Source of the DNA: the human T2T-CHM13v2.0 reference genome, Homo sapiens
NCBI GenBank assembly: GCA_009914755.4
Contig: CP068257.2
Coordinates: forward strand, 19,744,001-19,808,000
Direction: 5' to 3'
Length of the DNA stretch: 64,000 nucleotides
Shown here: piece after piece, positions 54,368-64,000 of the stretch
Layout: the number at the start of each line of letters is the position of its first letter
How positions within the stretch are numbered: position 1 is the stretch's first letter
Position numbers and translations under genes: made by a program
Notes under the pieces: model-generated
Seen by the model: the letters and a program-made list of their open reading frames with translations, nothing else
Databases searched by the model: none
Told to the model about the DNA's origin: nothing

Positions 54368-55543
54368 GTGAGTCAACAATTTCAAAATGTGTTGGTTAAT
54401 TCAAGCTGATCTTCAGTATACCTGTATGATTGGCTTTTTTGGTTTCCTCCAACATTTTCTTTTCTTTTAATAAAATGGTGTTGGGAAGATATTTTCTGTG
54501 CCCCATTCTTCTTGATAATAACTCGAATACAGAGTGAATAGTTTCCATCTTCAGTAAAAATGAAAGAGCTTAGTAGAATCAGCAGAGTTCAATTCTGGAG
54601 GAAGAAGTCACTTTAAAAAAATTCGTTGGTGGAAAGGCAATTGCTCACATACTAGATATGATGGCTGGATTTTATGAAATGTATGCTCATGTTTCATTTA
54701 TTAATATTTCTCTCAAGAATAGGTGTGAAAATGATACTGCAAAATGTAGTTACCTTCTATACTTATGAAGCCATCTCTAAAAATCTGTAGAATTTTATAT
54801 ATTTGTTTACTTTTTGTATTTTTATATTTTTTTACTTTTATATTTCTATTAAAAATCAAAATAATTTACAGAGCTTCTTTTCACTTACGTAAAATTTCAT
54901 CGTCTTATGAAAATGTAGTTTGTTTTCTCATTAGGAGGAGACAAAACTAAAGCAGGAAATAATAAGAATTACCAGCGTTGGCCTCTGTTGTTTAAGACAC
55001 AGAACCATACTGAGTGTTCCAAAAGGGAAGCATAAAATAGTGAGGAAATTAATGTTCCATAGGTCTGTTCTATGAGGATCCTACCTTGACCCTAACACAT
55101 ATGGTGTAGGGGTTCAGTAAAAAGCAAGAGCCTTCCTGAGAAAGAAAGAGGGAACCAATTCTAGTGAACATAGAGAGAAAGCAAATGAAATCATCCTGGT
55201 CTCATCTGTGTTGACCCTACTTTATCAGTTTGCACTGAGCATAACTATGGGTTTTTGATAGAAGTATCAGAAACATTAATCAGTCATCTATCATGTACCA
55301 TATACTTCAAATAATGTTCTCAAACTGATGAGCTCATATTATTTATTTTAATTATGAAATACTTGGATTATATTATCTGTGCACATTGTGTGGTTTAGGA
55401 GAGATTTATAAAGACAGTGCCCCCCAAAAACAATGAGTGAGACGAAGGACTATAGTTTTTTTTTAAAAAATTATTAACCTGGATGCAGGAATATTGTGCT
55501 ACTTTAAATTTTGTTTTGTTTTATTTTATTAAAAGAGAGAAAG

Positions 55544-55935
<392 letters not shown>

Positions 55936-58846
55936 CTAAACTGCATAAAACTCAGTGTTTGTGCTCAAGCACAAGCACACAGAAAATTAATATTAAGTCT
56001 GAATATTATAGAAATTGAACACGGCACAAAAGTGCTGCTGCACCCTAGCCCTGCCAAACCCAGGAAAAGGTTAATAGGCTCCCTCCAGACTTCTTGCAAA
56101 GGTGCAGCACGATGGAGAATTTATAGTGCCCTTGATCTGGCCAAGTTGATCAAGGTAAAAATCCTGACATTTTATCTCACCTGTCCATCTGTCAGAGGCA
56201 GATCACTATGTTTATAAAACTGAAATATAATAACAAAGCACATTCGTTACTTTGAAATGAGAAATAACTGTCACAGAAATTAGAACATTCAGAGTCTATA
56301 TAAGTACATACTTTACCTGTTGGTATATTATGAAGATACAAAATGAGAGTCAGAAACTTGTTTGGTGAGTCTAGAATATGAACTAGGGAAGCTGCGTGCA
56401 TAGAATGTTTAGTGGCCTCAGACTGGGACAGTTAAAAGCTTGCGAATGAGAATAAAATACTCAAAAGTCTTGTGGCTAGGGATTTCTCACTTTGATTTGA
56501 GGAAAATGACAGCATTAGTACTTTTTTCTGTTTCCATTGTTGATTCATCTTCCATAGGTATGTTAATGAGTACCTTAAAATCAAGTTACAGTTATGTAAT
56601 CAAACCACTGTATGATCTCAACTCAGTGCAGTATAAACATGAATTTTAAATTTGACTACTACATTAAGCTCTTCTTTTTGATTCTCCCTTTCAGTTATTT
56701 AATAATATATTTGGCAGACACTGTAGATATATTATCATCTTCCAGTATTAGAAAAAAAAAGTTCAATATTGTTGGTATAGTGGTGAGCATCGCTGCCTTC
56801 CAGAATAAACAGTTCAGCCATGCACAGTTTAAAACTTATAATAATGTTTAATTTTGCATTCACATTGTCTCTGGCCTCCATGAAAGATAAACCTCAACCT
56901 GGGGAGCTTAATGGTGAAATGAACTGCATCTTGTCTTGGGAAGGTGAAAGAGATCAAATACCTCATGTTTCTGGTGCTGTTGACCTCATTGGGCTGTCGC
57001 TGTCACCTGCCCTCTGTGGGACAGGCATCTAAGTACCTGCCCCTTGGGGATGTGTGACTGGAGTGCAAGCACACCAGAAGGAGATAGAATATTTCATTTT
57101 TGGAGATAGAATATTCCTTTTTGGAGACAGAATATTCATCATGGGGTGCTGCTTAGCTTGAGCTCTTTATACCTTTCCTCACCCTTTACTTCAGCAGGAT
57201 TTCTTTTAAGTGTGAATGTCACCCACTAACATTATGCAATTTCCACTTGACCAAGAGAAATGCTCCACATTCTCACTTAGCTAAGATGTAAGAAACTGCA
57301 TTTCTTTGCAGCTGATCTCTTTCTCATTTTCTTTCTCCTCATTTTAAAGAGACATAGTAGATCAATCCTCTGTAAAAGCAGAAGTCCAAATTTCCAAATT
57401 GCGATGCAAATATCATATCTCTCCTCTCATCTCTTGTGCCAAACAATTCAGTGGGTTCTGTTCACCTCTTGGACTTACCTTCACTTACTGGGAGGGAAGC
57501 ATCACTGCGCTTTCTTCTGGGTGGAAGACTTACTAGTTTCATCAGTGGATTTTTTCCTCCGCCTAGTTTTCTGCTTACATTGCGGGGAGTGGGAAGGACA
57601 GGGGGCATGGGAGTTAATTCTCAAGGCTTGGGTTGCAAACCCAGTTTAACATCTTCTTCTTTAACTCTGCAGGAGGTGCCTGACCTCTTCTCAAATCTTA
57701 GGTATTTAATGTTTTTTTCTTCTCTCTATGAATTGTCTCAGTTGAAAATTACAGCACTACAGAAACATGCCCGCTACATGTTTCCATACAGTTTCTTATG
57801 GCTGTGCTGGTACTATTCTTTCTACTTGAGATTAAGAGTACCTGTGTAATGGGATTTATTTATTGCTGCATTTACACTTTATATCTCAAATGGTGATGTG
57901 ATCTCACTTTATATATAAAATCATGTTTTGGGGAAAACCAAGTTTTTAAGGATTTCTTAGTGTAGACTCCATATTTGTATAGCAGGCATGAATGTAAATA
58001 TGTAACTGTAAGATCAATATAAATGCAATGAGTACCCAGGGAAAGAAGCTGAGTAATTCCATTGGGACCACCCCTAACGTTGTAAGATATGTGTGTCTGG
58101 CACTTATTCTTTCTTTAGCCAAGAGATGTATTATTTTGTAAAGACATAGTAAAGATATTCATCAGAATAACATGATTTTTGCTGACAGAAATATGAAATG
58201 TGATGTTAATAGTCATAATTATATTTACTGTAAATTGACAGGAATGATTTGATTATTGAAACATATGACATAGTTTTGACTGAAACGTTCTACTTTAACC
58301 AAACATACTTTCATTTTGTTTCTGTGATTTCAATGAGTCACTATGTCCTTTAAAGTAGCATTTCCACCTTACTCACATTTTCCCATCTGACTGACTTAGG
58401 TCCTTTTAATACTTCCCAGAATTATTGTTTTACCCTGAACCACTTACAACATACTTTCACAATCAGTCCTTGAAAGTGCTCTCACAGTAAAATTCCCTCT
58501 TCCTCCAGAATGAGTGACTGCCAAGTGGCACTGTATTTCAGATGTTATATTGTATTGTGCATATTTTAATATATAACATATTATATTTTATGGTACTTCT
58601 CTTACATTATAACTCTGAAGGATTTTTTCTCCTAGTTTATAAACTCCATGAGTGGACCTCGTATGCCTTGTTTATGTCATTGTTTCAAGTACCAAAAGCA
58701 TATTAGGGTAGAGGGAATACTGAAATTTGGTGGAGGTAGGAGAATGGAAAGGATTATTTTATAGCACCTCTGACTGGGTCTTAAGTGAATCCATTATACA
58801 TCCCCTTCCAATAAGTATGTGTCTACAGAAGCAACTTTTTTTTTCT

Positions 58847-59162
<316 letters not shown>

Positions 59163-59550
59163 TAAATGGAAACTAAGGTTCAAAGTGTTTATGAGAGATT
59201 AACACACTTTTGAAAAGAGTGAAGATGAAGCAGAATTCAGCCAATGGAGTGAGCTACAGTTCAGGCTCCAGTGGTATGCCGGGAGTTGTCGTTGTTGTTG
59301 TTATTGTTGTTTTTAAGGTACACAACTCTGCACTGCATATAACATTACCTTGATCAAGAAACCAGAAGACTTTACTGTAATTCTTCCACTGGGGCATGCC
59401 AGAAATTCCACACAACATTTCTTCCAACCTCTATTGTATTGACGAATATCAGCCTCACCAGATCGATCATGTGAGCAATTTATACTATGTGAGCAATTCA
59501 ATGGTTATGAATTTTCAAAGAAGTATTTATCCAATCCCCCACCAAGATTC

Positions 59551-59577
59551 TGTGTGTGTGTGTGTGTGTGTGTGTGT
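59551..59577. repeat. (GT)n microsatellite, about 13 units
   Basis: ctgtgtgtgtgtgtgtgtgtgtgtgtgtttc. Confidence 0.9.
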
Positions 59578-60877
59578 TTCTAGCACACCCTTTTATTTCA
59601 TTCTAAGGATATTAACGGTCCCGGTTTATGCAGGGATCCCCACTTCATCTCCCCATTTTGAATCTTTTTTTAACCCACTGAGGCCATTCAAAACCAATCT
59701 TGTACATCAGAGACCCATGCAAAAGCTCTGAGAATCTGAGTACCAGAAAACTGCCACAATTTATAGAAAAAACAATTATATGGCTGCTCCTCTAGCTCCT
59801 GGTCTTTCCACACACTTCATTTTTGATGTTTCAGAGTTTGCTTTCCTTTTCTGTGAGATAATCAGTGGATTTGAAAAGATTTTCGAAAATGATATGCATA
59901 ATTTCTAGGTGTACTTAGAAGGCTTGTTTTTCTGGCTATCTAGGAGAAGATATTGTTGAAAATTAGAATACATATTTAAAGCACATATTATATATATATA
60001 TATTTGAATACTAAGGAAAAGCTTGTTTGTGCCTTCGTTTTGTAAATCACAGGTTGTGTTAATCATATATCTTAAAGTTTAAGAATTCTATGTAAGCACA
60101 ATTATACTCATTCTCTGAAGCATTTGTTAGAAGATAGATTTAGGTTTATCTCTGAAAATGCAGGTACATATGGTCTCAACATTTCAGCTATCTTTTCCCT
60201 CTGAGCAGCTTTATTTATTCTAATTTATGTGAGTTTAATGTTTAGTTACTTTTCCTTGGTAGTAAATATATATGATTTTGAATACACTTATTGATGTGTC
60301 CAATTCTAATTGCTGATGTCACCACCCAGAAGTAATTATCAGCTCTTGGTGGACTGCAATGCTATTTAAGATGAATATTGTAGCATAAATACTGTCCTGT
60401 TAGTAGATTCTAATCTTAAATAAATCATTAACAAATTCTTATTAATTTTACCTTCTCACTGTGCACCTGGTCCTAGGTTTAAGGTACAATGGAAGCCAGG
60501 CCTATTATTATATTCTTTTTGAAGGTTTAGCTGAAGCCGTACTAATTATCCCAACCAATGATGTGACATGAAACTAATTTTCAAACTGTAAGGAATTGTG
60601 AACCAGTCACATATCAACAACTCGAACTATAGAGATATAGAATGTGAGTCAGTGTGACTCTTCATTTTGAGTGAGAAACATGTATCACAGCTGTAGCAAG
60701 ACTTTTTGGTTGGGGAAGCTACAGGATGTATTCATTGCCAAATCATATAATATTTTGTGGGTTTCATACACCTCACTGGCCACTTAATGAAGAGAAAATA
60801 CTAATCTTACAAACAGCTACTCTTTTTTTTTCAGTTTTCTTAATACAAATGACAATATCAATATTTTAAAATGTTAG

Positions 60878-61185
60878 GCCAGGCATGGTGGCTCACGCTT
60901 GTGAAACCAACATTTTGGGAAGGTACGGAGGGAGAATTGTTCAAAGCCGGGAGTTCAGGGTCAGTCTGGGCAACAAAGCAAGACCCCGTCTCTCTAAAAA
61001 AATTGTTTTTTATTAGTTGGGTGTGAAGGAATGGGCCAGTAGTCTCAGCTACTCAGGAGGCTGAGGCAGAAGAATCACTTGAGCCCAAGAGTTTAAGGCT
61101 GCAGAGAACTATGACTGTGCCACTGAACTCCAACCTGGGCAACACAACAAGATACTGTCTCTAAAAAAATAAATAAATAAAAATA
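60878..61185 (+). mobile_element. Alu (sense, diverged/older subfamily)
   Basis: ggccaggcatggtggctcacgcttgtgaaaccaacattttgggaaggtacggagggagaattgttcaaagccgggagttcagggtcagtctgggcaacaaagcaagaccccgtctc…ctcagctactcaggaggctgaggcagaagaatcacttgagcccaagagtttaaggctgcagagaactatgactgtgccactgaactccaacctgggcaacacaacaagatactgtctctaaaaaaataaataaataaaaa. Confidence 0.85.
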
Positions 61186-61196
61186 AGTAAGTACTT

Positions 61197-61504
61197 CCTT
61201 TTTTTTTTTTTGATACAGAGTCTTGCTCTGTCCCCCAAGGCTGCATTGCAGCGGCACAATCATAGCTCACTACAACCTCCGCCTCCCGGGTTCAAGCAAT
61301 TCTCCTGCCTCAGCCTCCTGAGTAGCTGGGATTACAGGTGCGCGCCATCACATCTGGCTAATTTTTGTATTTTTAGTAGAGATGGGGTTTCACCATGTTG
61401 GCCAGGCTGGTCTGGAACTCCTGACCTCAGGTGATCCAATCGCCTTAGCCTCCCTCAGCCTCCCAAAGTGCTGGGATTACAGGCGTGAGCCACTGCGCCC
61501 GGCC
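61197..61504 (-). mobile_element. Alu (antisense), tail-to-tail with the preceding Alu
   Basis: (T)14 then gatacagagtcttgctctgtcccccaaggctgcattgcagcggcacaatcatagctcactacaacctccgcctcccgggttcaagcaattctcctgcc…gattacaggcgtgagccactgcgcccggcc. ORFs 61210..61434 and 61382..61594 are Alu-derived. Confidence 0.9.
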
Positions 61505-62476
61505 TTCAGGTTTAATTTTAGCAAAAGTTTTTATTTTAATAGAAATCTGGAGGAAAAAATATTTGTGGTAGAGAAACTTATTTCAGTTTGGTAGAAAAGT
61601 AGTGCTTTCTTGTTTTTTATATACCTTTTTTTCCTGATAGGGTTTTGAAATATAGATTTTGATTTATAATCAATATGCCTGTTCTTGATAGGTCAGAAAA
61701 CTAATTTTGAATAAAGGCCTGAATTAAAATATAGTAAAGTTTAGTAGATCAGATACTGAAATCTTAGGTGCAAATATGCAAAGTACCAGCAATAAATATA
61801 GCCAGCATTCAAAAAACAAATTATTCCTATTTCTTTAAATGATATGTGTTGAAATGTTTTTATACCTATGATACACATTGTCAAAGAAAACTACTCTTGC
61901 ATCCTAATAAGCAGCTGGGGATGTACAAAATGTATTCATTTATTCAAGTATAGAACACGTGTATGTTCATTCATATACTGAGTCATTGGTTTCATTAGTG
62001 AAAAATAAGAGGAGGCTAATGAAACTTCCCAAATCTCTTAAAACAGAGGAACTGACTCATGGAATATGTGTAACTCCTACTAGCCTAGTTGTGCAGTCAT
62101 AAAGTTCTGCGTTAGGGCTAAAGTTATGGTAGAATTTCTCTTAGTATATTTGGCTCAACAAACTTTAGTTCGCTGCTGATGTAGAGATTTCATGCTTACA
62201 TATTTCTAACAGCTTGACATTTTAAAAAATGTGTCATTAAAATAACCTTTTACTTAAAAATAATTTGATTTTTATATATGAGTTCAAAGATGGTACCAAA
62301 AGTATTCAGACACCCTTCACCCAACCTCCCCTTATAATAACATACCACAGTACATGTATCAAAATTAATGAATTATCATGGGTATATTAGTAGTAAATAA
62401 ACTACAGAGTTTATTATGAAATGTCATTTTTAACAGCCTTCCTCTATTGTAGTTATCTCATATTGAAAATAAATAG

Positions 62477-62843
<367 letters not shown>

Positions 62844-64000
62844 AGAATGCAAACATGGAAAAGTTCATATCATTTTTACCTGTTAAAGATTTCAGAAATT
62901 CTATTCAACAAGTAAAAGCTACATGTACTTACCAAGCTTAGTAAACATTTTAGATGAATTTTACTTTTCTGTTTGTTTAAGACAATTTTTAGGTAGAAAT
63001 ATAAGTCAAGTTAACAATCAAACTCATTTGATTGACTCATTTAAATGACTCGAATTAGCAGGGTTTCAAATAAAAATTAATGAAATTCTTCATAACCCTG
63101 TAGTCTTCCAAATCAAAATTTTCAAACATACTTTTCTCTCTTGCTCATCATACTTCACTCTCAATTTGTAGATTTTTAAATTCTGGAAGTGTTTCTGCTT
63201 CAGCAGTAGTTAATATTTACATCACCTTCAGGTAAACTTTAATGCAGTTTTCATGAGAAACCCATACATGTTTCATGTCTACAAAACTAAAAGACAGTTA
63301 TTATTTTACGAAGCATGGAATACCAAAAACAAAAACAATACCTTTTAAGTGACATCCTAGTGAATCTCCATTTGTCACGAGACCTCAAGCTTTCCAGTTC
63401 TGGCACAAAGTGATTACTCATACCATCACTTCAAAATGATGATTATCTTCATTTATTTTAGTTATATTGAACAAAATATACATTTAAAAAATCTAATTAC
63501 TAAATATTCTCCAACAAATATATACTTAGTATATACTATTAGTGATGCATGCTTTCAAATATTTGGACTATATCAATGAATGAAACAAAAAATTATTTGC
63601 CCTTAAGGAGCTTAGATTCTAACAGATGGATTCAGATGATTTTTATGCCTTATTTCGTAGGTTTAAAAGAGCAATGGGGAAAAGGGAAGAAGAGAGGGAT
63701 TGAAAATATTGAGAAGGTTGGGAGACTTAGCAATTTTAAGTAAGGTAGTGAGGGTAGGTTTTATTGGCAAAGTGATTTTTCAGCAGAGACTGGGAAAGAT
63801 GAACGTGGTATCCTGGAGGAAAGCCTCCCAGGCAGAGTTAAGCTGCTAACAAAAGTGCCCTTAGGCTGGAGTGGGCTTGTTTGATTAAGGAACAAAGAGG
63901 TCAGCATGGTTGCACTAGAGAGAAAAAATCAGATGGCGTAAGGAGATGAAATCAGAAAGATACGAGGCTAGGCAAAGGGGTACTCTATGTAATGAACATG

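Noticed and set aside
57436-57849. 137 aa + strand ORF in apparently unique sequence
   Set aside because: It has no resemblance to any protein family I know and no flanking splice-site or promoter context. Its composition is ordinary for intronic DNA, and it lies inside an NCAM2 intron on the sense strand, where an independent gene is unlikely. I treat it as a chance ORF, though a BLASTP or expression check would be the decisive test.

Overview
This window is human (primate) genomic DNA, not a prokaryotic or viral locus. It is AT-rich and dense with interspersed repeats: about 19 Alu copies (several with clear target-site duplications), several 3' L1 fragments in both orientations (one young L1PA-like), MaLR/MLT1 and THE1-type LTRs, two other ERV-type LTR insertions nested inside L1 fragments, a Tigger1 pogo-type DNA transposon carrying two nested Alus, and many microsatellites. 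Three short coding exons lie on the + strand, with canonical AG/GT splice sites and mutually consistent phases. Together they encode a contiguous Ig-domain to FN3-domain segment that matches NCAM2 from memory: ...[63 protein letters not shown] | [32 protein letters not shown] | [58 protein letters not shown]. By analogy with NCAM1 exon organisation these are probably exons 9, 10 and 11 (Ig5 and the start of FN3-1). The whole window therefore most likely sits inside the very large NCAM2 gene on chr21q21, in + orientation, with intronic repeats making up the rest. I found no CRISPR array, operon, defence island or other prokaryotic-style system. Most entries in the six-frame ORF track are artefacts of Alu, L1, LTR or microsatellite sequence. 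The points worth a second look are structural. Exon 9 is bracketed at close range by two same-orientation Alus and a long complex microsatellite. A 1.4 kb GC-rich insertion splits an L1. A 1 kb ERV solo LTR lies sense to the gene. A young L1 3' fragment has a possible 21 bp 3' transduction. There are two short tandem segmental duplications. Coordinates of repeat boundaries are by eye and approximate (about ±10 bp).
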